Assembly: GCA_937142015.1 (NCBI GenBank)
Contig: CAKZQY010000013.1
Coordinates: forward strand, 1 to 48,320
Direction of reading: 5' to 3'
DNA: 48,320 nt
Source: an uncultured Halobacteria archaeon
GTDB taxonomy: Archaea > Halobacteriota > Halobacteria > Halobacteriales > Haloferacaceae
Of the stretch, positions 27,807 to 37,971 are shown piece after piece. The notes under the pieces were generated by a model. It made no database searches. It worked only from the letters and a program-made list of their open reading frames with translations, and was not told the DNA's origin. Numbering within the stretch: the first letter of the stretch is position 1; each line of letters begins with the position of its first letter. Both the position numbers and the translations under genes were made by a program.

Positions 27807-28568
27807 GTGAGTACTCAGTCGTCGGACCGGACAGCGGAGGCGGAGACCGAGCGTCGCGGTGAGTTCCGCGTGTACCGCGTCGTGGAGTCGGTCCCGCACA
27901 TCAACTTCCAGCAGATTTCGGAGCCACGGCTGTACACAGTGTACAAGTCCGGGTACGAGACCGGAGTGCCGGCCAGTGACGAGTCTGCCACACAGCAGAC
28001 AGGAGAGACGGCTGTCACGACAGGAGAGACAGCCGTCACTCAGGAGGCGGTCGACGACCTCGTGACCGGTGACAGGGTCGAGGCGACACTCGTCGGAGAT
28101 CCAGACGCGGACGACGAGGCGTGGCACCTCGCGGAACTCGACCGCGTCGGCGGAGTGGAGATGGCGTTCGCAACGGACATCGATCCGCCGGCTATCGCGG
28201 GCGACGCGTGGGAGTCGGGGACGGAACGGGCGATCTGTCGGACGCTGCGCGCGGACGGTGAGCCAGCCGGAGCGTGTTGTGTCCAGCCCCGCGACCCGCT
28301 GCCGAACGGGGCGTTCGTCCCGAACGTGGTCACCGGACTCCTGCCGCTGGAGGCGCAGTTCGCGTCGGTACCCGGCGTCGAGGAGTCGGCCGCAGAGGCG
28401 CTGTTCCTCGACCCGGACTCGCCGGACGCGACGCGCTACGACGCGCCGTACGGCGTCCTGCTGTTGTTCACCAGTGATGGTCGCTCGCTCGCGGACCGCT
28501 TCCGCGACGCGTACGACCTCCCACGTGGAACCGACACCCGACCAGACTTCGACCCGTACGGAATCTGA
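27807..28568 (+). CDS. Conserved haloarchaeal hypothetical protein (possibly DUF6663-like)
   Basis: 253-aa acidic ORF with FRVYRVVESVPHIN, RLYTVY.SGY and DTRPDFDPYG motifs. Confidence 0.75.
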   Translation: MSTQSSDRTAEAETERRGEFRVYRVVESVPHINFQQISEPRLYTVYKSGYETGVPASDESATQQTGETAVTTGETAVTQEAVDDLVTGDRVEATLVGDPDADDEAWHLAELDRVGGVEMAFATDIDPPAIAGDAWESGTERAICRTLRADGEPAGACCVQPRDPLPNGAFVPNVVTGLLPLEAQFASVPGVEESAAEALFLDPDSPDATRYDAPYGVLLLFTSDGRSLADRFRDAYDLPRGTDTRPDFDPYGI

Positions 28569-28591
28569 ACCGGCTGTCGACACCGTCCACG

Positions 28592-28840
28592 ATGGTGGTC
28601 ACGAACGACCCGCGCTCGCGGAGTGTCGATGTCGTCTGCTGTGCACTCTCCGTCCAGTACCTCCAGCTTCCGGCTGCCGTCTTCGAGGAGTTCGGCCGCG
28701 TGTTCGACGAGGGCGACCACCTGATCGTCAGCTTCGGCAACCGACTGTTCCCGACGAAGGCCGTCCGCGCGTGGCGGCAGGTCGAGGTCTGGCGCGTTCG
28801 CCGCGCTGTGAGCGAACAGCCTCCCCGCTCGATCAGGTAG
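28592..28840 (+). pseudogene. Internal fragment of a class I SAM-dependent methyltransferase
   Basis: DVVCCALSVQYLQ.P..VF.EF.RV......IVSFGNRLFPTKAVRAW matches type-11 methyltransferases but motif I is absent. Confidence 0.7.
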
Positions 28841-29747
28841 CGGTAGTCCTGACGGGTCCTCGGTCGAGGACACCGAGGCGGTGGCCGAGCAGGTCGCTGT
28901 CGAAGAACGCGACGTGGCCCGTCGGCCACGACTGTGACTCCCGGAGCGGGAACGACTCGCGTGCGGCAGCGAGGCCGTCGGTGTCGCCAGTGGACTCAGT
29001 GTCGTCGTCAGGGGACTCAGTGTCGTCGTCAGGGGACTCGGTGCCGAGCAGAACCGCACACGGGCTGTCGGGGAACGCCGCCAGTCGCTCGGAGAGCCAG
29101 TCGTCGTCCTCGTCTGGGATCGCAAGCGCCACCGGCTCGCCGGGGAACGACGCGACGGTGCCGAACGGCGACACTGACTGCACGACGGGCTGTGGATAGC
29201 GGTACAGCTCGCGGAACTGTCTCGTCGCCGTGTCGAGGTCCGTGACTGCGATCACCACCTGCTCGATTCCGGTGAGTGGGCCGCCGGCGACGCTCGGACT
29301 CGGTGTGACGCGGTACGAGAGCGGTGTCCGATCCTCGATGGCGAACGGGAGCCGGAGGCGACTCGCCTCGTCGCCGAACACGGCGCGGTCCCACTCCACG
29401 AGCCTCCCGTCTGCACGCTCGCGCGAGCCGTAGTACGGCCCCTGGACGGGTCGCCCCGACCGGAGTACGTGTTCACACTCGGCGACGATGTCGGGAACCC
29501 GGACACACCACGCTGCCGGCCCGGCGTCCGCACGAATCTGTGCCGGCCAGAAGTCGTGGTCACCGTCGGCCCGCTCTGCGATCAGCTCGACGTACGTCTG
29601 GTCGTCGAATCCGAGCACGGACATGTGTGTGACGCCGTTGTCGTGAACGCCGCCGTACTCCGGAGTCAGTCCCAGCCGCTCGAACGCCGCCGTGATCTCT
29701 TCGAGGTCCTGCCACGCGAACGGCACGTGGTCGATGGGTCTCTCCAC
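28833..29747 (-). CDS. VOC family (glyoxalase-like) protein
   Basis: IDHVPFAW, YGGVHDNGVTHMSVLGFDDQTYVELI, RERADGRLVEW and LPFAIEDRTP motifs; GTG start at 29747 inferred. Confidence 0.85.
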   Translation of the reverse strand: MERPIDHVPFAWQDLEEITAAFERLGLTPEYGGVHDNGVTHMSVLGFDDQTYVELIAERADGDHDFWPAQIRADAGPAAWCVRVPDIVAECEHVLRSGRPVQGPYYGSRERADGRLVEWDRAVFGDEASRLRLPFAIEDRTPLSYRVTPSPSVAGGPLTGIEQVVIAVTDLDTATRQFRELYRYPQPVVQSVSPFGTVASFPGEPVALAIPDEDDDWLSERLAAFPDSPCAVLLGTESPDDDTESPDDDTESTGDTDGLAAARESFPLRESQSWPTGHVAFFDSDLLGHRLGVLDRGPVRTTAT

Positions 29748-30000
29748 GAGACAGAGAGTGTCGCCGACTGACAAGAACGCTGCGCCGACCGAGGAGAATG
29801 CTCCGCCGACCGAAAAGAACGCTGCGCCGACCACTCGACTCCGCTGCGCCCACCGCCCGGCCTCCCGGAGCCGAGCACTACAACCGCCCGGCCTCTCGGA
29901 ACCGAGCACTCCAACCGCCCAGCCTCTCGGAACCGAGTACGACGAACCAAAGTTGTGGGAATTGCACAAGTCTTTTCGAGTCGCGCCACGAACGGGACGT

Positions 30001-30399
30001 ATGACCGACTCGGTGAGAGACCACCTGAACTCGGACATGGAGTGTGAGGGGTTGTTGGAGTGTTTCTACGGTCTCACAGAGCTCGACAGGGAGGTGTTCG
30101 GCGTTCTCGCGCGCAGCGAGACGGCACTGACGGTCGACCGTATCGCAGACGCGGTCGACAGGGAGCGGTCGACGGCCTACCGGTCGATTCGGCGGCTCGT
30201 CGACGCCGGAATCGTGACGAAGCGACAGGAGACGTACGATCAGGGCGGCTACTACCACGTGTTCGAACCGGCAGCCGCCGACGAGGTGACTGACGACCTC
30301 CAACGACTGCTCAACGACTGGTACGTCATGATGGGGCGTCTGATCGACGAGTTCGAGAGCAAGTACGACAGCTCCGACCCGGTCGCCGTCGACTACTGA
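30001..30399 (+). CDS. TrmB-like helix-turn-helix transcriptional regulator
   Basis: DMECEGLLECFYGL, VDRERSTAYRS and GGYYHVF motifs of a conserved haloarchaeal HTH family. Confidence 0.88.
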   Translation: MTDSVRDHLNSDMECEGLLECFYGLTELDREVFGVLARSETALTVDRIADAVDRERSTAYRSIRRLVDAGIVTKRQETYDQGGYYHVFEPAAADEVTDDLQRLLNDWYVMMGRLIDEFESKYDSSDPVAVDY

Positions 30400-30522
30400 C
30401 GAGCGGGGAGTCACTCCGTGTCACTTCTCCTGACTCTCGCGGGTCACTCGGGGCCCACAGCACCGCGAGACGCCTACCCGCACAATCAAGTGTACGTACT
30501 GACAATTGTCGGTACTTAGAAA

Positions 30523-33500
30523 ATGTCGCGTGAGACGACGCCAGACGCCGTCGGCGTCGCCGAGGCGATCACGGCAGTGTACGAGGCGGTGCTCCGCGCG
30601 GAGGGGCGAGCGGCAGTCGAGGCGGCGGTCTGTGAGACACTCGTCGACTCGGGACTGTACGCCGCGGTTCGGGTCGGTCGGTACGACGAACGTGCGGACA
30701 CTGTCTCGCTAGCTGCTGCCGCGGGTTCAGACGCCGAGGCTCCCGTCGAGTCGGACGGGACGGGGGCGGTCGACCTAGTCAGTTCGGCAGTCAACGACGC
30801 CGAGCCGACCGTGGTAGACTGGGAGTCGGACGGACGGGGGTCGGTACGGAGCGACGGTACCGGTCACCACACAGTCGCGTCCGGGTGGCTGGGGTCGGTC
30901 CCAGACGGGATTGCAGCCAGCGCCGTGGTGCCCCTCACAGACGGCGAGACGGTGTTCGGCGTCGTGACGCTCCACACGACGCGCGGTGACGCGTTCGACG
31001 ACGTGGAACAGACACGACTCACACGGATGGCCGAGTCGGTCGCTCACGAACTCGACGACACCGACGACCGAACCACGCTCGACGACACCGACGACCGAAC
31101 TACACTCGACGACACCGACGAGCGCGCACAGTACGAGCGACTGACAGAGCGGATCTCGGACGCCTACGCCGCGGTCGACCGCGACTGGACGATCACCTAC
31201 TGGAACGACCAGATCGCGGCACGCACCGGTCGAGACGCCGAGGACGTGCTGGGAGACCGACTCTGGGACGCGTTCCCGGAGATCGTCGGCACGGAGGCGG
31301 AGACGCAGTACCGCGAGGCGATGGCCGACCAGGAGCCTCTGTCGTTCGAGCAGTACGTCGGCGAGCCGTACGACTACTGGGTGTCCGTCGACATCTACCC
31401 GGACGAGGACGGCCTCTCCGTGTTCTCGCGGGACATCACCGAGCAGAAGCGCGACGAGGAAGCGCTCGCCGAACTCCAACGACAGACACAGCGACTGATG
31501 GAGACGTCGACCGTCGAGCGGACCGCAGAGGTCGCCGCCAACGCCGCACACGAGGTGCTGGGTGCGCCGTTGTGTGGCGTCTACCGCGTCGACGAGACTG
31601 GCGAGGTACTCGAGCCAGTCGCCTCCGTCGAGGAGGGCTCCGACGAGATGGCGGGACCGCCGACGTACTACCGTGACGACGAGGATCACATCGCCGCACA
31701 GATCGTCTGGGACGTGTTCGAGACGGGTGAGACCCGCGAGATCGACGACGTGGCATCTGTACCGGGACTCGCCGCACAGTCGCCCGCCGAGAGTGCAATC
31801 GTCTACCCGCTCGGCGACTACGGGGTGTTCGTCGTCTCCGCGACGGAGCCGGCGGCGTTCGACGAGACGGAGAAGCGCTACTTCGAGCTGTTGGCGCTGT
31901 CGTTGCGGACCGCGTTCGAGCGAGTTGGACGCGAGCGCCGACAGCAACAGCGCAGCGAACAGCTGGCCGCACTCCACGAACACTCCAGAGAGATCGTCTC
32001 GGCTGCCGACTACGAGACCGTGGCACGGATTGCTGTCGACGCCGTGCAGGATCTGCTCACATACGACGGCGCGGGCGTCTACCTCGTCGACGACTACCAT
32101 GTGGGAGACTATCGCCGCGAGCCCGACGACGACAGCGTCGTGGCCGGGGGTGACGAGGCGGACGACACCACCGCGGCCGGGAGCGACGACGCGGACGACA
32201 GGAGCGACGCGGGGGACGACGGCGCGGACGACAGCACCACCGGGGCCGGAGACGACGGCGCGGACGACAGGAGCGACGCGGCCGGAGACGACGACGCCGA
32301 CGACAGTCCGAGCGAACTCGTCCCAGTCGAAGTGAGCCACCCCGACGGACGCGGGACAGAGGCAGTTCCGGCACTCGGCCCGGGGAGCATCGCGTGGGAG
32401 GTGTACCAGTCAGGGGAGCCCTACTGGACGGACGACGTACAGACAGACGACCGACGACACAGCGACGAGACGGACGTGGGGAGTGAGTTGGTCGTTCCGC
32501 TGGGCGAGTACGGCGTGTTGATCGTCGGGTCGACCGCCGTCGGCGAGTTCGACGAGACGGAGCTGACCGTCTGTCGGATTCTGGCCGCCAACGTCACTGC
32601 CGGGCTCGAACAGGTGCGTCGCCGCCGGGAGCTCGAACAGAGCCGCGACCTGCTGTCGCGGACGGAACAGCTCACCGACGCCGGCGGGTGGCTGTACGAC
32701 GCAGAGACGGAGACGCTCCGGTGGACCGACGGCACGCGTGCCATCCACGAGGTGCCAGACGACTACCAGCCTTCGGTCGACGAGGGGATCGAGTTCTACC
32801 ACCCGGAGGACCGCGACCGAATCCGCGAGCTGTTCACCGACTGCGTCGAGTCTGGGGTGCCGTACGACGAACGGCTCAGGCTCGTCACCGCCGAGGGGGA
32901 CCTCCGGTGGGTCCAGTCGAGAGGTGAGCCGGTGTGGCGGAGTGAGCGCAGCGAGACCGGGGAGAGCGGTGACGAGATCGTCGGCGTCCGTGGGACGATC
33001 CGCGACGTGACCGAACAGCGGGAGCGTGCCCGGCGGCTGGAGCGCCAGCGCGACAACCTCGAAATCCTCAACGAGATGGTGCGCCACGACGTGCGGAACA
33101 ACCTCGCCGTTATCGGCGGGTACGCGGACACGCTGGTCGACCACGTCGACGAGACTGGCGTGTCCTACGTGGAGACGATCCAACGGCAGGCGCGAGAGGC
33201 GACGGAGTTGACACGCAGCGCCCGCGACTTGGCGGAGGTGGTTCTCCAGACGGAGACCGACCACGAGCGCGTCGCAGTCCAGCCGTTCCTCGACGAGGAG
33301 GTCGAGTCCATCCGGTCGACGTACGACAACGCCGTCGTGTCTGTCGAGAACACCGTGCCGGGTGTGGAGGTGTACGCGAACGACATGCTCGGCTCCGTCT
33401 TCCGGAATCTCCTGAAGAACAGTGTGCAACACAACGACGAACCCGTTCCCGAGGTGACCGTGAGTGCCGAGCGAACGAACGGGACGGTCGAGGTCAGCGT

Positions 33501-33720
33501 CGCCGACAACGGTCCCGGGATTCCGGACGACATCCGCGAGACGGTGTTCGAACAGGGTGAGAAAGGTCTCGACAGCGGTGGTACCGGAATGGGACTGTAC
33601 CTCGTCGACTCGCTCGTGACCGAGTTCGACGGCGACGTGTGGATCGAGGACAACGAACCGAAAGGTACCGTGTTCGTCGTCCAACTCCCGGTCGCCGAGT
33701 CCGTGTTCGGCTCCGACTGA
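30523..33720 (+). CDS. Soluble GAF/PAS sensor histidine kinase
   Basis: GAF-PAS-GAF-GAF-PAS architecture, H-box LNEMVRHDVRNNL, N box NLLKNSVQHN, DNGPGIP and GTGMGLY boxes. Confidence 0.92.
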   Translation: MSRETTPDAVGVAEAITAVYEAVLRAEGRAAVEAAVCETLVDSGLYAAVRVGRYDERADTVSLAAAAGSDAEAPVESDGTGAVDLVSSAVNDAEPTVVDWESDGRGSVRSDGTGHHTVASGWLGSVPDGIAASAVVPLTDGETVFGVVTLHTTRGDAFDDVEQTRLTRMAESVAHELDDTDDRTTLDDTDDRTTLDDTDERAQYERLTERISDAYAAVDRDWTITYWNDQIAARTGRDAEDVLGDRLWDAFPEIVGTEAETQYREAMADQEPLSFEQYVGEPYDYWVSVDIYPDEDGLSVFSRDITEQKRDEEALAELQRQTQRLMETSTVERTAEVAANAAHEVLGAPLCGVYRVDETGEVLEPVASVEEGSDEMAGPPTYYRDDEDHIAAQIVWDVFETGETREIDDVASVPGLAAQSPAESAIVYPLGDYGVFVVSATEPAAFDETEKRYFELLALSLRTAFERVGRERRQQQRSEQLAALHEHSREIVSAADYETVARIAVDAVQDLLTYDGAGVYLVDDYHVGDYRREPDDDSVVAGGDEADDTTAAGSDDADDRSDAGDDGADDSTTGAGDDGADDRSDAAGDDDADDSPSELVPVEVSHPDGRGTEAVPALGPGSIAWEVYQSGEPYWTDDVQTDDRRHSDETDVGSELVVPLGEYGVLIVGSTAVGEFDETELTVCRILAANVTAGLEQVRRRRELEQSRDLLSRTEQLTDAGGWLYDAETETLRWTDGTRAIHEVPDDYQPSVDEGIEFYHPEDRDRIRELFTDCVESGVPYDERLRLVTAEGDLRWVQSRGEPVWRSERSETGESGDEIVGVRGTIRDVTEQRERARRLERQRDNLEILNEMVRHDVRNNLAVIGGYADTLVDHVDETGVSYVETIQRQAREATELTRSARDLAEVVLQTETDHERVAVQPFLDEEVESIRSTYDNAVVSVENTVPGVEVYANDMLGSVFRNLLKNSVQHNDEPVPEVTVSAERTNGTVEVSVADNGPGIPDDIRETVFEQGEKGLDSGGTGMGLYLVDSLVTEFDGDVWIEDNEPKGTVFVVQLPVAESVFGSD

Positions 33721-33738
33721 CCGCTACTCGCTCGTCTC

Positions 33739-34413
33739 TCACCGGTCTGCTCGGACGCGGCGGAGGACGTTCAGCGGCGAGATTCCGACGCTGTCGACGC
33801 GTTCGACACCGAACGCGTGGTCCCCACCGAGCGACCGGAGTGCGTCACACAGCGCTGTCGCGTCGACGGGGGTGTGGACGCGGTAGGCGTACGGCACGCT
33901 GTCTGTCGGTTCGACAGCGAGCTTCGGACGGGTCAGGCGACTCTCGTGGAGGGTAACCCGGTCGAGAGCGGCGTACGAGAGCTCGTGAACACACTCCGCG
34001 TCCGTGACGACGGCCGGCAGTCCGCCGTCGTGGTACCGCTGTCTGGCCGTCGCTGCCGCGTGTCCGACACCACCGCGCGCCACCGCGAGCGGCGAGAGGT
34101 AGGCGTACTCCGGGACGACCACCTCCTCGTCGGTGAACGCCACGTCCGCGACTCGCAACGGTGCCGAACCTGCGACGACTCCGTGGACGTACACGTGGAC
34201 AGTTGGAACGGCTGTCTCGTCTGTGACTGTGGAGGCGGCTAGCTCGTCTGTGGCTGTGGAGGCGGCTAGCTCGTCTGTGGTGTCCGCGGCTGTCTCGTCT
34301 GGGATCGTCTCGCTGTCGTCGGGGCCACAGCCAGAGCCGGGGGTCACGAGCGGTCGTACAGTCGCCAGTGGCGTGAACCTCACGCCTGTGACGACCGCCG
34401 TCGGCTCGGTCAC
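33739..34413 (-). CDS. Hypothetical protein
   Basis: Acidic ORF with typical codon bias; start uncertain (GTG 34413 chosen). Confidence 0.6.
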   Translation of the reverse strand: MTEPTAVVTGVRFTPLATVRPLVTPGSGCGPDDSETIPDETAADTTDELAASTATDELAASTVTDETAVPTVHVYVHGVVAGSAPLRVADVAFTDEEVVVPEYAYLSPLAVARGGVGHAAATARQRYHDGGLPAVVTDAECVHELSYAALDRVTLHESRLTRPKLAVEPTDSVPYAYRVHTPVDATALCDALRSLGGDHAFGVERVDSVGISPLNVLRRVRADR

Positions 34414-34483
34414 CCGCGGTGGATACCGCAGGTTCGACTGAGACACGCGACACAGACTCGGCGGAGACACGCGACCAGACAGA

Positions 34484-36319
34484 TCAGTCGAAGACGCCAC
34501 GCGTCTCGTCGTCACCGACGACGGTGTCACGCGCAGCCAGCTTCGCGCGTGCAGAGACGGAGACGACAGCGATCTGGACGACGGCGACGGCCGCGAACAG
34601 CGCGAGTCCGCCCGGGGCGCTCCCGAGAACCCCCACCTCGGTGCCGAACACGGACAGGCCGACCGTCGTCGCCAGCCAGTTGCCGCCCAGCAGGGCTCCG
34701 AAGTAGCCGAACAGCGCCGTCCCCCACCACAGTGCCGCCGTACGGAGCCACCCGGGCTGTGTGTGCTCTGGGAGACGCGTCGTCACCAACACCGTGAGCA
34801 GCGCGGTGTACGGCCACATCATCAGCCCGGACAGCACCGCACCGGCGACGAGCAGTCCGAACGGGCCGGACACCGCCAGCGGAACGGGGACGAACAACAG
34901 CAGGATACCCCACAGCACGAACAGCGTGAGCACGGTCCAGAAGATTCGCGGGAGACTCCAGCCCGCCTGCCGACCGTACAGCTCGTAGATCACGTCCGTG
35001 CTGTTGCGGACGACGGACTCGACGATCCCGTACTCCGTGGTGAACAGCGCGACGAACAGCACCACGACGAGGAGGACGCCAGCCACGTCGCCGAGCTGTG
35101 GGATCACCTGCCCCGTCCACACCGCGACGGCGTCCTCCGTCGTGCCCGCGGCGTACGTCGTCGCCAGCGCCATCAGCACCGTCGCGGTCACGACCAGTCC
35201 GACGACGAACGTGAGCAGGTGTTCGAGCTGGACGAGTCGCCACCAGCCGCGCCACCGCAGCAGGTTGTTCCGCGTCGGCGGGAAGGTGAACCCGTCGCGG
35301 TGAACTGGCTCCGGGTCGTCGCCGACGACGGGGTTCTTCACGCGGCCTTGGAACCGCCCCATCCCGTACCCCTTTTCGCGCACCCAGAGACTCTGTGAGA
35401 GGTTGAGGTAGCCGCCCGCGCCGGCGAACGCCAGCCCACCGAGGACGAGCGCCACGTCGAACCCCGGCGGGAGTGTCCCGACAGCGGCGAGACCGCTCGG
35501 CAGTCGTGTGAGCTCCGTCCCCGCGCCGAGTGCCAGCGACAACACGACCGCCGAGACTACCGCGAGCGTCACCAACACCACCTGAACACCCTCGACGACG
35601 TTGTACATCACCGGCGTGACCTGATACGAGAGCCAGACGAGCACGAGCAGCGCGACACCGAGCAGCTTCCACGCCGGCACCGCGAACAGCGTCGTGCCCC
35701 CGGCACCGCCGAGCGACAGCGTCGCCTCCCGGAGTCCGAGCCCCGCAGTGCCGATCTCGGCAGCCGTCGCCGCCCACCCGGGCCAGCCGAGACTCACGAA
35801 CCCCAACAGGAGAAACACGAGCGGCCACCCGCGAGCGACACGCTCGAATCCGCGGAACACCGACTCCCCGGTTGCGACGGTCCACCGCTGGATCTCCGTG
35901 TTGATGAAGTACTGTGTGCCGACGGCGACGAGAAACAGCCAGTAAATGTCCCAGCCGTGGATAGCGACCAACAACGGCCAGAACAGCGTCTCGCCGCTCC
36001 CCAGCGATGCACCCAACAGAACCGCGCTCGGACCGAGCACCTGTGAGAGTCGTGGCACCCGCGGGAGGTCGCGGAGCCTGTACCCCGACTCCTTGCTTGA
36101 TGCTGCTGTGTCACTCCCGCCTCCACCTCCGGTGGGTGATCCCAACTGATCCGACGCCGACTGATCCGATCCCGAACGACCTGCGCTCGGGTAGTCCGGC
36201 GACTCCGGAGCCACGTCTAAGTTGTCGTAGGCCGTCGGCGTGTAGGAACTACCGCGGTAGCTCTGTCCCTCCGCTTCCGTAGCGTACACGTCCTCCTCGC
36301 GTCGGGATCTGTCTGTCAT
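34484..36319 (-). CDS. Nramp-family (APC superfamily) transporter
   Basis: LGPSAVLLGASLGSGETLFWP, EIQRWTVATGES and AFAGAGGYLNLSQSLWVREKGYGMG motifs; multiple TM helices; substrate unproven. Confidence 0.85.
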   Translation of the reverse strand: MTDRSRREEDVYATEAEGQSYRGSSYTPTAYDNLDVAPESPDYPSAGRSGSDQSASDQLGSPTGGGGGSDTAASSKESGYRLRDLPRVPRLSQVLGPSAVLLGASLGSGETLFWPLLVAIHGWDIYWLFLVAVGTQYFINTEIQRWTVATGESVFRGFERVARGWPLVFLLLGFVSLGWPGWAATAAEIGTAGLGLREATLSLGGAGGTTLFAVPAWKLLGVALLVLVWLSYQVTPVMYNVVEGVQVVLVTLAVVSAVVLSLALGAGTELTRLPSGLAAVGTLPPGFDVALVLGGLAFAGAGGYLNLSQSLWVREKGYGMGRFQGRVKNPVVGDDPEPVHRDGFTFPPTRNNLLRWRGWWRLVQLEHLLTFVVGLVVTATVLMALATTYAAGTTEDAVAVWTGQVIPQLGDVAGVLLVVVLFVALFTTEYGIVESVVRNSTDVIYELYGRQAGWSLPRIFWTVLTLFVLWGILLLFVPVPLAVSGPFGLLVAGAVLSGLMMWPYTALLTVLVTTRLPEHTQPGWLRTAALWWGTALFGYFGALLGGNWLATTVGLSVFGTEVGVLGSAPGGLALFAAVAVVQIAVVSVSARAKLAARDTVVGDDETRGVFD

Positions 36320-36395
36320 CTCACTCGCTGGCGCGTCGGAGTCTGTCTGTCATTTCACTCGCTGGCGCGTCGGGGTTTGTCTGTCATCTCACTCG
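36311..36395 (-). repeat. 34-bp tandem triplication of the Nramp start region producing two 10-codon uORFs
   Basis: ATGs at 36387, 36353 and 36319; MTDKPRRASE* and MTDRLRRASE* precede MTDRSRREE... Confidence 0.85.
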
Positions 36396-36514
36396 TTGAC
36401 TCCGACTGTCCGTCGGTTGTCCGTGTCTCACGGTGCTCTCGGCAAAAGCCTTCTCGACACCAATCGGATCGTCCCGACACGAACCCGGTCGTTCCGACAC
36501 AGCGCCGCGTTCGT

Positions 36515-37060
36515 TCACCCGCCGAGGAAGTGCCAGATGTGGCCACGTTCCTCGGGTGGATCGACACCCGGCAGTTCGGCGAGCGCGGGCTGGATCGCGT
36601 TCCACCACCCTTCGGGTGTCTCGAACTCTGCGGGGTGGTCCGGGTAGACGTCTTGGAGGAAGTCGGACTTCTTCGCCTCGGGGTAGTGCTGGATGTACTC
36701 GTAGGCGGCGATCAGCGCCTCGCGTCGTGCGGCCAGCGTCTTCCCCGTTCCGGGGAGGTCCACGTCCTCGATCAGTCGTCGGTCGCTCGCACGCGGCTGC
36801 CGATCCGAGTTCTCGATTGGGACCCACCAGACGCGGCTCCGCGACCCCACCTTCCGCGTCCGCAACACGCCCTCGTCGACGAGTTCGTTCAGCTTGTTGT
36901 GGGCGGTGCGGCGTGAACAGTCGAGCGCCTCCATGATGTCGCTGGCTGTCAGCGGGCGAGCGCGGTCCTCCCGCTGTTCGAACACCTCGTGAACGTCGCG
37001 GACGGGCACACGCGTCTCCGACCCTCGTGTGTCGCTCCCGGTACCACCGTCTGGTATCAC
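36515..37060 (-). CDS. Helix-turn-helix domain protein (haloarchaeal family)
   Basis: PLTASDIMEALDCSRRTAHNKLNEL...TRKVGSRSRVWW winged HTH plus WW...I.PAL..LPGV C-terminal domain; start uncertain. Confidence 0.82.
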   Translation of the reverse strand: MIPDGGTGSDTRGSETRVPVRDVHEVFEQREDRARPLTASDIMEALDCSRRTAHNKLNELVDEGVLRTRKVGSRSRVWWVPIENSDRQPRASDRRLIEDVDLPGTGKTLAARREALIAAYEYIQHYPEAKKSDFLQDVYPDHPAEFETPEGWWNAIQPALAELPGVDPPEERGHIWHFLGG

Positions 37061-37250
37061 GGTACAGAAACGTCGATGGAGTAGCGTCAAAAGCGTTGGG
37101 TGGCCGTCGAGAGCAGCGGGTGGGCGTACTGGATCGGGTCGTCACGCGGTCGATTACACTGCTCTGTTCTCCGATGTGTGTTTCACGCACGACATGGTGA
37201 GTCGATGCGTCTCGCGCAAGGTCGATACGCGTGGCGACCGTTGTGGCGGT

Positions 37251-37706
37251 ATGCGGTTCACACGGGTCGTCGTCGGGCTGCTGGTACTCCCACACGAGGC
37301 GGCACACGCAGTCGTCGCCGCGCTCGCGGGTCTCGACCCAGAGGTGACAGTCCTCCCGGACTGGGACGGGTCTGCAGAGCCACTGGGCCAGTTCGACGCC
37401 GACATTCCGCCGGAGACGTCGACGTGGGTGATTCGGCTGATTGCCGTCGCGCCGTTGGTGATCTACCTCGGCGTGGCTGCGGTCGTCGGTGCGGTGTCGC
37501 GCTCGACGTCGCTGTCGTCGCTCGCGGCAGCGCTCGTGATCGGCTTCTGGGCGTCGCTGTCGGACGGCGACATCGCCGTCGCGGCGAACCCACACGCCGC
37601 GCGTGACGCCGGCCGCCTCCTCGTGCCGCCGTCACGGTGGAGTCGCTTCTCCCCGCTCGTGACGGTGGGAACTGTGCTCGCCGTCGCTGGCCTCGTGTTC
37701 GTGTGA
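37251..37706 (+). CDS. Small membrane protein with HExxH motif (zincin/M50-like metalloprotease)
   Basis: LPHEAAH, IAVAPL and SLSDGD motifs with TM helices. Confidence 0.7.
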   Translation: MRFTRVVVGLLVLPHEAAHAVVAALAGLDPEVTVLPDWDGSAEPLGQFDADIPPETSTWVIRLIAVAPLVIYLGVAAVVGAVSRSTSLSSLAAALVIGFWASLSDGDIAVAANPHAARDAGRLLVPPSRWSRFSPLVTVGTVLAVAGLVFV

Positions 37707-37722
37707 TACTGTCGGTCACGAG
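37707..37722. repeat. Family C terminal repeat TACTGTCGGTCACGAG
   Basis: Starts immediately after the TGA at 37706; identical to 39273-39288; shorter matches at 25939 and, inverted, at 13871-13883. Confidence 0.65.
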
Positions 37723-37727
37723 CGTCG

Positions 37728-37836
37728 ATAGTGATTACTGCGAGTCTTTACCGCCGTGGTGACTCGTGTCGGCGATCAGAGCGTCTGAGCCGTCGATTTT
37801 CGACGCCGTCCGTGGAACTATTCGCAGTAATCAGTA
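37728..37836. mobile_element. MITE-like element family A, copy 2
   Basis: Near-identical to 83-193 along its length; right TIR has one substitution (TCGCAGTAATCAGTA). Confidence 0.8.
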
Positions 37837-37971
37837 GAGACAGTGCTGCGTCTCACTCGGGGTTCCAACGCGTCTCGCTGTCGACACCGGGAGCCGTCTG
37901 ACGGTCAGTCCGACAGCCACGAGAGTGCGACGTAGGACGATTTTTGTGTGGGGCACACCACTCCCACAGGT

